Assembly (NCBI GenBank): GCA_951406725.2
Contig: OX597820.1
Location: 52,080,001 to 52,144,000 of the forward strand
Direction: 5' to 3'
DNA length: 64,000 nt
Source of the DNA: Octopus vulgaris
Lineage: Eukaryota
Part shown: piece by piece, positions 1 to 12,461 of the stretch
Layout of the letters: each line of letters opens with the position of its first letter
How positions within the stretch are numbered: position 1 is the stretch's first letter
Position numbers and translations under genes: made by a program
Notes under the pieces: model-generated
Database searches by the model: none
Told to the model about the DNA's origin: nothing
The model's input: the letters and a program-made list of their open reading frames with translations, nothing else

Positions 1-711
1 CCAAGCGACTAGAACCTATTATTTTGTCGGTATATTGTAATAAAAGGCATTTTATTTCTTTTCAAGATTTAATACAACTTCAAACTCAATAATGATAAAC
101 GTGGTTGTTTGGTTCATTATCATTAAACCAACTTTATTCAGAGACCTTTTGAGTATGACGGGCTACTCGACCTGTGATGGATTCTACCTGCGTCCCAACT
201 ACAATGTCGGGTGCTGCTCATCTTCATATGAGATCACTACATGCAGCACATATGGTTGTGATGTATGGATCTGGTGTACACCTATCAGGCGGCTAGACAT
301 GGATGGTATATTGGGTTTCGTATATTTGTGCCCCAGTGTCATTTTGATGGTATGCATTGCTCTCTCACTCAGTACAATCTGGATAATTCCATGTCCTCAC
401 CTTTCTACTGAAAAAGGTGGTGGAAAAACACAATAAGGGAATACCTTTAACTTTCACACGGGACCCCGAATGGCTTCCGCAGATAGCTGTGGAAACCATA
501 ACGTTGTCCGTGATACGTAGGCTGGAGGGGCTCAAAGAGGAATATCGATTGTGGCCGGGCGACTCCGACTCGGAGCCCGCCTCGGTTTTAAATGAGGCGT
601 GGGCGGTGGCGGAGTATACGGGCACAAGCGATGTTGGGGAGGAAAATTGACAAGAGATTGAAAAGCCTCAGTGTTATAATATTTAAGTGTGTAAGAGGCT
701 CAGCGCCTCAA

Positions 712-900
712 TTTGTAAATGGACTATTAAGTCCAAAAAATTTTAAAACGGAAGTAAGAGGTTCAATACCTCGGTTTGCTTTTTGTGTTAAAAATAATAA
801 TGTTTCAGTTTGTCAATGGACTATTAAGACCAATGCTTGTAAAACGTAAGTAAGAGGTCCAATACCTCGGTTTGTTTTTTGTGTAAAAACATAATGTTTT
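712..900. repeat. Imperfect tandem duplication, period about 97 bp
   Basis: aatggactattaag(t/a)ccaa...gtaagagg(t)tcaatacctcggtttg...tgtg(t)taaaaa...ataatgttt occurs at 718 and again at 815. Confidence 0.85.
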
Positions 901-1042
901 AGATAAGCAAAAAATCAGCGCCGATTTTTATCTTCTTCCATTAATATCATCTTATTTCGTCATTCATCTTATCAATGTTTCTGTCCTGCCAGCGAGCTAC
1001 TCTGTATCATGCCTTTATGGTAAAATGTTTGAAATAAAGTAT

Positions 1043-1185
1043 CTTGCTTACGGGCCATACGGTTCCGAGTTCATTCCCACTGCGTGGCACTTTGGGCAGG
1101 GGTCTTCTATTATAGCCGCGGGCCGACCAAAGCCTTGTATGTGGTTTTGGTAGACGGAAACTGAAGGAAGCCCATCGTATATATG

Positions 1186-1231
<46 letters not shown>

Positions 1232-1408
1232 TATGTTTGTTCCCCCAACATCGATGGTGGTGTATTTACGTCCCCGTAACCTAGCGGTTCGGCAAAGAAG
1301 ACCGATATAAGTAGTAGGTTTACAACGAATAAGTAGTGGGTTCGATTTGGTCGACTAAAGGCGGTGCTCCAGCATGGCCGCAGTCAAATGACTGAAACAA
1401 GTTAAGAG
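1043..1408 (+). mobile_element. tRNA-related SINE, family A (internal TA/TG microsatellite)
   Basis: B-box-like ggttccgagttcattcc, body ccttg...ggtagacggaaactgaaggaagccc, internal (TA)(TG)n, tail ggtgctccagcatggccgcagtcaaatgactgaaacaag. Related copies at 13303-13400, 15668-15822 + 19381-19676, and 45597-46017 (minus). Confidence 0.8.
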
Positions 1409-1448
1409 TATATTTAAATGTATGGTTCAAGGAAAAAATGTTATGCTC

Positions 1449-1479
<31 letters not shown>

Positions 1480-2199
1480 AACTGTATTGGAGAAGGAGAA
1501 ACGAAACGAAACGAATCGAATCGACACGAGGACGCTCAGTCATACAATAGTGTAAAAAATAAAATATATGCATACATACATACATATATGTACGTACCTA
1601 CATCTACATGTATATATACATACATATATAAATATATATACATGAGTACAGGACACCACAATTAGGCGTAGAACATAACGAGAAACGAAAACGAAAAAAC
1701 AAGCATGGAACGGACCTTTTTTTTAACAACGAAAGAACTGTGTACAAGACAAACTACACAAGGAAAAATCCCCTTCATCAGCTGTCCCTAGTTCAATTCC
1801 AGCGTGTTTCAAAGGTGCGGACAGAACACGACTCGTCGAATTAGCCCTTCCTGCGAAGAAATTAAATAAAATTACTTCGCAGTGGGGTAAAAACAAGGAA
1901 AGAAAAGAATGTGACACAAGCAGGACGTAACAACGATACAGATAAAATTAGAAAATTAAATACAAAATAAAATACAAAATAAAAATACAATTGCAAAAAA
2001 ATACAAGAAATAAAAACAAACAAGAAATCAAACAAAGAGGGCCTTATGGCCTAGACGGGGAGAAATTCAAAGAGCACAAGAACCGTGTGTTTACAGTTGA
2101 GAGGCTGCCTGCAAAAGGAAGTAGTTGGCTGGCTGTGAGAGAGATGAGGAGGTGTGAGAGAGAGAGAAAGAGGGGGATAGAGGAGGACAAACGGTGAGA

Positions 2200-2588
2200 G
2201 GACCAATTTTAAATATTAAATACTGTTGGTACTACGGTATTGGAATCTTACATTGTATATAAATTCTATACTTGGAATGAACAATTTGAACAATTTTAAA
2301 TACTGTTGGATTTTTTTCATAAGGTATTGGAATCTTACATATATACCATTCTGCCTAAAAAAATGGATCTACAAATTCAATATCCCTACATATCTCACAT
2401 CTATTTGCTTTCCTCCACCTCTATTTTCTATCATATCTAAATTAACTATTATTTAATCATCCTCTCAAACCGTCTCCGATAAAGGGATTTAATTCCAAAA
2501 TATCCCAGAAACAGCCGTAAGACCTTCTATCTATAAATATTCTAACAGATACACTGCCTTTGTTTTTTATCTCATTACGCAAAAAATT

Positions 2589-2590
<2 letters not shown>
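2200..2590 (+). mobile_element. Solo pseudo-LTR of a Penelope-like element
   Basis: Similar to 15310-15615 (catatctcac(a/g)tctattt..., ccgat(a/g)aagggat...tatccc.gaaa.agc.gtaagacct); ends in (TA)n. Confidence 0.7.
2472..2523 (+). ncRNA. Degenerate minimal type I hammerhead ribozyme
   Basis: Stem I gtct/agac, core ccgataa (U4C and G8A relative to CUGANGA), stem II gggat/atccc, gaaa, cagccg, ta. Confidence 0.55.
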
Positions 2591-2632
<42 letters not shown>

Positions 2633-3541
2633 TGAATACTTCAAGGGCAGCTTCATCGTTTTTTCTACTTCAATTATTACATATTTATCTTTTACAGAAA
2701 TGCACACATGAAGGAGGAGTAAATTATGTATATAGTAATACTTTGAATCTGTCTTCCGAGAAACTGTAAACGTCATTATTTGGTCATATATGAAGTAAAA
2801 TAAAAATAAAGATAGAATCTGCTACTTGCTTGTATTCATACCTTTGCATTTGCTTCTCCGTGGGATATCGAAGTGTCATTTATTTGGGTTTTGTGATCCT
2901 CGCTGTTGAAGAAAAAATAGGTTTTGGATTAATCCAGAAATCGGACCCTATTCGGTGATAACTATATTTTTATGATTTTTTGTAAGCTTGCATTCTTCGT
3001 TTCAGCACGTGGTGTAATAACATCTGTCAAAATATTTGTTTATTTGGTTAGACGATTTAGCATCCATTTTTCAGCATATTAGCGAAGAATTTTTTTCCTT
3101 TATATGTGTATATATGTGTCTGTGTATGTGTGTATGTGTTTGTACGTATGCATGTGTGTGTGAGTGTGTGTATATGTATGTATATATATACGTACACTGG
3201 CATACTCTCATACACCCTTAAAAATATACACGTGCATATACCTATGGCTTTGACAATCTGGACCATTCCATGTCCTCAGCTTTCTACTGACAAGGATAAC
3301 AATTTTCCTAGGTGGTATAACTGTATCATATCTTAATATGCAAATCTGGAAGCTACATGCCATTCATATCTGCTTTATTCTGGATTACACTAATCAGCTC
3401 TCTCCGCTGCCATTCTTAATGGAAATGCCAGATAAAATATCTTTTATCTACATGAAAACCGATATGTCTGCATGTCACAGAAAACATTAATGTAATATTA
3501 ACACCCACCCATACAGAACTCACCAACCACACACATATATG

Positions 3542-3602
<61 letters not shown>

Positions 3603-4094
3603 ATATGTATATATATATATATATGTATATATATTCATCACAATAACAAATAAGGCATGTTTCAGATTATTACGTCTCTAATTCTACGCAATGTTGGCAT
3701 CCAGTCAGACAAGCGCAATTTTTATTTCCCGGTTCATCAGAATTCAGCACTTGAAAGAAATCACAATATAGTGGCTTGGGAAAACGTCTCAGTCTGATGG
3801 GGCACTGATCAATTTGAATCAATTCAAACTTTTGACAAGATCGATTTAATTGCCATCATCTGAAGATGAATCATTACAATGTACATCGTAATTTGTTCGA
3901 TTATAAAAGTAAGCATCTAGTTTAAGGAACGGTTTGGCATTGAGTCTTCGAACATTTAAAGATTGTTCATTAGATTTCAAGTTATTGTTTCTGACAGTGG
4001 ACAGATTAAATACATTCCGCTTGAACTGGATATGCGAGATAGTTGTGGTGTTTGCATACGTGGTAGACGTCGCGGTAATATTACGCTAGTTCGG

Positions 4095-6158
4095 ATATAT
4101 GGTTTCCTTTTGTTGTTGGCATACACGACATGTTGGCAACTGCCGTTTTTTAATATGTTGGCCTGGTAATTCCTTGTAGGTAGGCATTGATCTTGAGCTG
4201 CTATGATAAACCCTTCTGTTTCAGATTTTAATGCAGAGGCCATTAGCCATTGATGGGTCAGGGCTTTGTCAACATCGCCATTATTCGCTCTCTTTGGGTA
4301 TTTGCCATTGAGAGTTTTTTCTTGCCATTTCTTAGTCAAAATATCTAAGGCAGCAGTTTTAGCACGGGTATTGATGCGCTTAGTTTTTTCTGCGCTTGTT
4401 TCTCGTACGTCTAATTCTGGAATTTGTTGTATTTGGAATTCACTTAGATATTCCTTTGCCTGTTTTGTTACTGAATATGATGCTTTCTTGTTTTCATGTT
4501 TTGAGACAAGTTTCAACATCCACTCGTCAGAGTTTTTCAGGTAGGTGTCTAGACCAATTGTGGCAATCTTCATTTTTAATGTCAGTTGTAAAAGTCCACG
4601 GCCTCCCTCTTTTCTTGGCAGATAAAATCGTTATATATGGTGTTTTCCCTATCTTCCTGTAAAAATTTTGGGGTTTATTGTTGAAGATGTTGTCCTTGAA
4701 CAATCTAACACTCTTTTCAAACCTCGCTATGCGGGCAGCTTTAGCACATACCTTTTGCTTGATGGGTTCTATAGTGTCATCAATGTCAAGTATGGTATGC
4801 ATATTATATATTTTCTTTAATTTTCGGATGTTTATAGGATTAGTAATCTTGTCAATTAGTAGTCTTGTTTTTCCATCATTCTAGGTCAGACCTAAGTAGC
4901 TTAATAAGGTGTTTTCATACGCTCTTGCCAAGAAGGTTTTTGTGGGAATGTTGCCATTTAAAAAATTTTTTCCCACATAGAAAGGTTGAGATTTTCGCGG
5001 ATGCATAGTACAGGTGGTTGAGATCTGTGATATCAACTTCATTAGCTGAAATTATATCCTTAAGTGCAAGGCGGATTTTACCAATTATTTTCAGATTTTG
5101 GTCAGAATTGCGGATTTTTGGGAGAGTATCACGTTCATTCATACTGGTTTCTTTAATTTTCAGCCATTCAATGATATGATCTTTTAGATCATGTAGTTAT
5201 GTTGGGTAAATATTTGCGTGACTTTCTTCATCTATTTGATTTTCATGTGTCTTAGTGTTTATGGTTGGTTCAGAGACTATTTCACTTTGCCTATCAATTA
5301 CATTAACTCTTTCAAACATTACTGTGTTTTCATCTGCCCTGGGCTGGTCTATAATTATTTCATCGGTAGTATCTTCTTTAGCTACAGCTTCGTTGTTTTT
5401 ATCCTTTACTGCTTGTTTAATTTGGTCAATTTCTACTTCAGTCAGTAATTTCTTTTCATAATGTTTCTTCTGACGTTGGCAAGTTTTTTACTGTCTATGT
5501 AGGGTCTCATTTCGAGTGTTTCTGTCTCCAGTTTAAGTAGATTTGTAGTGTATTAGATTTATCCGCGGGGAAATATATGGCATGGTAGAAGGCCGTTAGA
5601 AATTCCTTATTATCTTCCCTAGACAATTTTTCCTTCTTTTTCTTTCGGTTATTTGATGATGGGCATGGATGGCCATCTGTTGCAATATTCCGGTTGTGGG
5701 GTATTTCCAGCTCCTGTGTTTCGGGAAGACTTGAACCAGTAGCTGATTTTTCGACACGAAACTGGTTCAACATTGGAGTATGTGGTCTTTTGTAATCCGG
5801 TCGATAACCATTCCGGTTTGTAATTCATTTTGTTAACAGTGAGGCATGACGAGCTTCGACGTTGACATTAGGAGACGCATCTGTCATCTTAGGGTTATTT
5901 TTTGCGACAACACCGTCTCCGCGTTCTCTGCATGTAAACATCGCTCGTAGTGTAGCTTCTTAAGGCTAGTAGATCTGTGTTCGTCTGTATTTTTTGTTGA
6001 TAGATTTATCTCCGAACATAGTATTTTTTGTTGTGTTTTTAAACTTATGAATGTTTACGGTGTTGAATTTGTAAACTTTCCGGTGTTGATATTGCGTGTG
6101 TGTTTCGCACATGTTTCCCTGAGACACCTGCATAGGAGAAACTGTGCTTTGTGTATTT
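4095..6158 (-). mobile_element. R4/Dong-type REL non-LTR retrotransposon, internally deleted (RT missing) and 3'-truncated
   Basis: ORF 3977-4573 closely matches ORF 56634-57272 (MLKLVSKHENKKASYSVTK...LKSETEGFII.AQDQCLPTRNY). N-terminal fragments lie at 4640-5770. The N-terminal part joins LPRKEGGRGL directly near 4635. The 5' end abuts the (ATT)n run at 6160. Confidence 0.85.
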
Positions 6159-6159
6159 A

Positions 6160-6175
6160 TCATTATTATTATTAC

Positions 6176-6227
<52 letters not shown>

Positions 6228-6253
6228 GTTGTTGTTGTTGTTGTTGTTGTTAC

Positions 6254-6293
<40 letters not shown>

Positions 6294-6300
6294 ATAATAA
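6160..6300. repeat. (ATT)n/(GTT)n microsatellite
   Basis: Directly visible. Confidence 0.97.
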
Positions 6301-6499
6301 GAAGAAGAAAAAACGAAGGTAACGGGGAAGGTAAGAGGAGATGATACTGATGATGATTGGGTGGGGTGGGGTTTGTCGACGATGACTACAACAATGATGA
6401 TGGGATTTGTCTATTTGCTAGAAATGCTCTGAACATAGAATAATACAAGTTTCGCTACGCAAGGGACTTCTGAGATGGATTAAATCTGTTAGTAAATAA

Positions 6500-7250
6500 C
6501 AAAGAGATCCTGTAGGATTCTACGAAGAAATTTGCAGATCAAAAGTACAATTAATTGCACAGGAATACTCCAAGATTATAATAACAGGTACTTATTGAAA
6601 CCAGCTATTAAGCACTGAAACATATGTAGCTATCCATAAAATCTATTCATCAAGGGCTTCACAATCCTGATTAAGCAATCACTCTACTTCGTTCCCCTAA
6701 CGTTCTTGGTTAGAGATTTCACAATCTTCCGTAAGAACCATATATCTAACGCTGGGTGGTCACTGGTCAGGTGAGGAACGAAGCCCTATTGATCGTTGAC
6801 AAGTAGCTTGCATTCATGTCTGTCTGAAATTTATTTTAATATTCTGTGATTTGTATGCCGTTTGATGTATGATCAAATCTCTTCCAAGATCCGCATCTCG
6901 TGTGCAAGATAACGGATAATTAATTGATAGATCTGTTATATTATTGTTAGCCTTGCAAACGTTTGCTAATTGTATTACATTCCGGAGGAAGCAGAGGTTT
7001 CCTAATTGTAGATGAGTTATCCTTCATAATACATGAAGCCTTTCTCTGCAAAGAGCATCGACTTTTCATCGTAGTTATAACACTTCTCGATTTTTATCTT
7101 CTTTCATTTTCCTCTAGTTGTCCAATGCCTATCCATCCTAAATCTGCTCTATATTCTTAACTAAAATGAATTATATTACTGTTATTACTAAGCAACAGGC
7201 ATCTTTGTTCTCGGTATTAGCCGCTAACAATGGCGAAAGGAAGATTTTCC
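6500..7250 (-). pseudogene. Possible heavily decayed LINE APE-endonuclease region
   Basis: Minus-strand fragments SWKRFD and NRASF...SDHP resemble the APE C-terminal TW.S.D and SDH motifs; many stops. Confidence 0.25.
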
Positions 7251-7319
7251 ATGACTCCAGCGTTGAAGCTGTAATATACTTTACACTTTATTTCAATATA
7301 TTTTTCTAACATACTCCGA

Positions 7320-8786
7320 AGAACATATTTCCCTGCATATCTCACGTCTATTTTCATTCCTCCACTTCACTCTCTATTTCGTATCTACCATAACTATTAC
7401 TGAACCATTTTCTTACACCGTCTCCGATTTATAAATGTTGTGAAATCTTTATAGCCTTGGATTTTTATCTCATTCTGTTAATTTATTTTATATATACACA
7501 TGTTGAACATATGACCTACATTGGACTCCTCTTTCGCATAATCACCGAACCTGGAGCTTAACTATAGTATGTCCATACCACTTACTCAGCATTACCTGAC
7601 ACCTTTGGGTCTTCTTGAAACCATTACCTCTCATAAGCTCAATTTCACGCTATTATAAGCACTTATCTCAGGTAACGCCTCAGTAATGGATAAGCAATTC
7701 CTTAGCGTTTCTCTTAAGGACACATATTCCTTCACAAAAGACATTCCTCTTAATCCACCTTACCAAAACGAAGGATCTCATCAAAAGAATGAGATGGAAA
7801 TTAGTCTTCCATGACAATATTACCAACGGCTACAAAAATGACAATATTACCAACGGCTACAACCTCAAATCTTATAAGAACCCTCTACATAACCTCCATC
7901 TCGAAAAATCTGAAGCGGATATGATTAATTAAATTGTAAGCATTAAATGCTCCGAATATAAATCCCCCCTTTCAAAAATGGCTCTCACACACCATAAAAT
8001 GGATTATTGCATCCCCCAAATTACATGTCTTCTCGGATAAAACAGGAAATATGTAACCCGTTACCATTGATGAATACAATAAATTCATAAAGAAAGAACT
8101 CAACAAATTCTACAAGATGGCACCAACATCTGCCCTAAATGAAATCAATACCAACCACTGCAAACTTATGAGAAAATTATAAGCGAATGACCAAAATGTA
8201 CTGACCTACACCTCCACATTTTAATATCAAGGATCACAAGAAGGACTTTATTACCAAAATTTTTATACGCCTAATATGCATCACCAAATCCGACCTAGGA
8301 AGTGTAAGCAAAAATATTTTAGACAAAATAATACCAATCGTGAAGAACAAATTAAATGTTAATCTATGGTCCCACACTGGTGAAATTATTACGTGGTTCC
8401 ATCTTCTAAAATTCAAAATCCCATATTCCTTCCTATAATTCGGCATAAATAATTACTATTCTTCTATTTCTCCTAAACTTCTTAATCAAGATCTTCTTCT
8501 AGCTAGGAACCTTAGTAAACTAACCCCACTAGAAATTAATATAATACTTAATGCCCGCAAAACCCTTATTTCTTTTGATAACAAACTTTAGTGCCGGGCC
8601 AATCACCATAACAATAACCATAGCAACCTATTCGACATAACCATGAGATCATCTGTCTTGGTTGAACTATATATACTTCACCAGCTCCATATACATTTTC
8701 AAAACATCAAGGGAAGCCGATACAGGGACGACGCCTTACTAGTTACCAAAAGCATAAATAAATCGTCCTTAGAAAGAACTATACAC
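7320..8786 (+). mobile_element. Old Penelope-like element, 5' part (5' pseudo-LTR + decayed RT)
   Basis: 7320-7495 repeats 15410-15615. Broken-frame motifs KDLIKRMRWK, DKTGNM, KDHKKDF, SDLGSVSK, NLW...WF and YRDDAL. Confidence 0.8.
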
Positions 8787-8789
8787 TTC

Positions 8790-9250
8790 TCCGGGAAAGT
8801 TCCGATGGTTCTATGGAAAGTTCCGGGGATCACCCAACTTCCTGGAAAACCGTTCGGAAACTTCCAGGAAAGTTCCGAGGATTTCATGGAAAGTTCAGGG
8901 GATTCCCCAACTTCGTGGAAAGTTCCGGGGATATCTCAACTTCCTGGAAAGTCGGTCGGAAACTCCCTGGAAAGTTCTGGGATTTCACGGAAATTATCGG
9001 GGATTTCCCAACTGCATGGAAAAACGTTCGGAAACGTCATAGAAAGTTCCGATAGTTTCATGGAAAGTTCCGAGGAAATTATGGAAAGTTCCGGGGGATT
9101 TCCCATCTTCCAGGGAAATTGGTCGGAAACTTCCTGGATAGTTCCAATGATTTAATGGAAGGTTCCGGGGATTCTCCAACTTCCTGGAAAATCGTTCGGA
9201 AACCTCCTGGAAAGTCCTGTGGATTTTCTAACTTCCTGGAAAGTCGGTCG
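8790..9250. repeat. GC-rich minisatellite built on ggaaagttcc / ggggattcccc / caacttcctggaaa units
   Basis: More than ten recurrences of ggaaagt(t)c; higher-order unit of roughly 70 bp. Confidence 0.9.
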
Positions 9251-9785
9251 AAAGCTACACTACATCCTTCAATATTTCCATGTGTCCTGAAGTCCGCCAA
9301 CAGTACACTTGATGTCCATTTTTTCTTTTTAGTTGTAGTGCACCTGAGCACTGTATACAACAATTTCCTTCATCCTTATATATGTGTTTGTGTTGACTTT
9401 CTGTGCAACACGTTATGGCTGTTAGTCAATGTAATGTCACACAATCACTTTTGTTCCCACTCAGTGGTACTCTACACATTTTTCATTATTTGGTGCAAGA
9501 CTGTCTCTCTTTCCTATTTATTTCTCTGTCCTTCTCCTCTCCCATCTATCTACGTCTCTACCTATCTGCTGCTTTTCTCTCTTTACTGCCTTCCGTTTCT
9601 TCCTGTGCCCATCTATGTCAACTACCTACTCTCTATCTTTATTCCCTTATTTCTCCGCACTCTATCTTTCTTCTTACTTGCTCTTCCCCAACCTTCTCTA
9701 CTCTCTTTCTTCACTCTTTTAGTACCAAAAGACAATTCAATTTTTTATCACTCATCGTTTTTCTACTTGACCAGTGCATAGGTAG

Positions 9786-9975
9786 GACATCATTGTTTAA
9801 TGTCTATTTTCCAAGCTGGAATAGGTTGAATGGTTCGACTGGGGCCTGGGATTCCAGGAGGCTGCACCAGGCTCCAGTCTGATCTGGCAGTGTTTCTACA
9901 GCTGGATGCCCTTCCTAACGTCAACCACTCTGAGAGTGTAGTGGGCGCTGTTTTTACGTGCCACCGGCACAGGGG
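9786..9975 (-). mobile_element. SINE family B, 3' fragment (RTE-like tail)
   Basis: Reverse complement of 11875-12060 (cagctggatgcccttcctaacg.caaccactc.gagagtgtagtggg). Confidence 0.8.
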
Positions 9976-10324
9976 ACAATTCCCTGCCTAGTACTCATTT
10001 CAGATCCCCAGTTTATCTTTTCACTTTTCATTCTTTTCTTTCCTTCTAACTTCCTTCTCTCTACCCCATCTCTCTATCCTTCTCCTGAGCCTTCTCATTG
10101 TACCTTTGGAACACAAGCACCATTATTTTCTTCCTTTTTTGTTAGTTTTTATCATGTAGTGTCCCACACTTTGAAATATTTGCAATTTGTATTTTTCCTG
10201 CTTATTTTAGCTCTGCTTGATACATTTCCAAAATTAAAAATTTTAATATGCAAAATATACTTCACATTATTATATATACTACGCATTAATGCAAAAAATA
10301 TTGTGTCTATTGGCTATTTTCAAA

Positions 10325-10766
10325 ATGATCACACCATCAATGGAAAATTTCAATACCAACTTCCTAAGGCAGTTATGAAAAACTGATGAATTGGGCCTTG
10401 TTTCATTAGGACAATGCTTCAGCACACAAGTCCTTGGTTTCAATGGCTGCTGTGTGTGACTGGCTTTGAACTGGTTGATCATCCTCCATATGTTAGTGAT
10501 TTGGTTCCTTCTGGTTATCATCTGTTTCCCAACATAGAAAAACACTCAGATGAGCACCAGTATCACTATGATGAGAACATCTTATCTGTTGTTGATGACC
10601 ATTTTGATCAACAGAAAAGATTCTTCACCAGTGCGACCCAAGCACTGCAACTACTAATGGAAGTATGTGGACAGTAAGAGGAACTATGTTAAAAAGTGAA
10701 CTTCATTTGGTCACATTCCATTGAGAGTGTCTTGCTCAGATTATGAACATTTTAGCCGACCCTCAT
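10325..10766 (+). mobile_element. Mariner transposase 3' remnant with probable right TIR
   Basis: DNASAHKS and HPPYVSDLVPSGYHLF (degenerate YSPDLAPSDY motif); ends ...ccgaccctcata. Confidence 0.85.
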
Positions 10767-10842
10767 AATAATAAAAAGTATTATTATACCTGCATTTGTT
10801 TTAATGTTAACATTGGAAAAATCCACATTTTTCATTAAAAAA

Positions 10843-11368
10843 TTAGGACCTGGGTTTGCATGCCCTTAGCAAATTTTGTTGCTGGGCTACTGACTGTGTG
10901 TGGTGTGTGAGGGAGAGAGGTGAGAGACCATTGCAAACAATGAATGAAATAAACATGAAATGAAAACAATAGTAGAAAAAAAGCACGTTAAAAGCTATCT
11001 TGTACCGAATATTTAAATTTGGGAATTCAGTAAATATTTCTTTCAGTAAATTATAGTTGTTTAAGTGAATTAAAACTTCAAATGAAAACATTAAAACAGA
11101 AAGTGAGAGGTTTCGCAAGTTAAAACGGAAAAGTTCGCCGTTGCTACGTCAAACCGGAAGTTGACATTGAGAAACCTTTTTTAAAAAGTGATTCATAGAT
11201 ATAAAGCAATATCATTTTTATTTTTAATAAAAAAAATAAACTGATGACCCTATTATGTATCTGAGGTAAATTTTTTTATGCATCCTAAGTATGGAAGCAA
11301 TGCATGCAACCGTTTTTGCGTGAAAGGCGAATACACACGCATACACAGGTATGTTTTATTATAATAGA
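10843..11368 (-). mobile_element. Probable non-autonomous Helitron
   Basis: Minus strand starts A|TCTATTATAATAAAA...cctttcacgcaaaaacgg, resembling Helitron 5' ends; the 3' hairpin and CTAG near 10843-10870 are degenerate. Confidence 0.5.
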
Positions 11369-11559
11369 TATATATTATATATGTAAAATATACAAGGATA
11401 AAATTGTTAAAAATGTTATCAGTGGCCAGCATATAAAAATATAAACCTATTAAAGTGAAATCATTCACCGAGGTAATGACCAGTGACCGAGAATTTTGGA
11501 AATATGCTGTGATTGAGAAGACCCGGAAAGTCAAGTGAAACTATAACCTTGTGGCCTAA

Positions 11560-12078
11560 GCCAGGGGTGTAACCAACCCACTTATGCATACCTTCCCTTC
11601 ATTGGACACTGCATGCAAAGACCTGTTGAAGCAAGTGAAATTGGAATCGAAATAAAATTCGATGACTGGCATCCATGCCAGTGGAGCACTTAGAGCACCA
11701 TCTGAGCATGATCATTGCCACAGTGGCTAACTGGTGTTCGTGCTGGTAGCACGTAAAAAGCACCATTCGAGCGTGATCGTTACCAGCGTTGCCTTACTGG
11801 CACTTGTGTCGGTGTGCAGGTGACATAAAAAAACATAATTTTCCATGACCGTTGCCAGTACCGCCTGACTGGCCCCCGTGCCGGTGACACGTAAAAGGAC
11901 CCACTACACTCTCGGAGTGGTTGGCGTTAGGAAGAGCATCCAGCTGTTAAAACTCTGCCAAATCAAGATTGGAGCCAGGTGCACCCATCTGGTTCACCAG
12001 TCCTCAGTCAAATTGTCTAACCCATGCTAGCATGGAAAGCGGACATTATACGCTGATGATGATGATGATGATGATGAC
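11560..12078 (+). mobile_element. SINE family B with internal tandem repeats and (GAT)n tail
   Basis: Repeated gtgc(c/t)ggt(g)...cacgtaaaa units; 3' end aacccatgctagcatggaaagcggacatt...gatgatgat. Confidence 0.8.
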
Positions 12079-12427
12079 ATACATGCATACATACATATGT
12101 ACATACATACATACATATATATATATACACATTTACTATTGATGGATGAACAAACGAAACATTCATTTTATGCATATTGTGGAGTTTGGGTTTGGCTTCG
12201 AATGGATTACCCTAATTTATACATATTTCAATACTCAAGTAACAAACAGAACTCCATAACAGAAATTATTCGTATATAGATACCCTACCGTATATTGTCT
12301 TCACACCAGTGGTGTAGTTAATAGGGGAGCAAGAGGAACAACCACTCTCCCCAAGCACATTTTTCAAAATTGGCACCTTTTCAACAGTTTTTTAACTCTT
12401 TAGTTCACATGTGCAATAAAAGCCGAA

Positions 12428-12461
<34 letters not shown>

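Noticed and set aside
1765-1820. Minus-strand gaaa...ctgatga as a permuted (type II) hammerhead
   Set aside because: No convincing stem III or UH cleavage site in this copy
3680-3745. Minus-strand ctgatga near 3735-3741 as a hammerhead
   Set aside because: No properly placed stem II and GAAA
8790-9250. CRISPR-like appearance of the ggaaagttcc array, and ORFs 8643-9155 and 8813-9055
   Set aside because: No unique spacers, irregular units and no cas genes in a eukaryotic context; the ORFs run through the repeat
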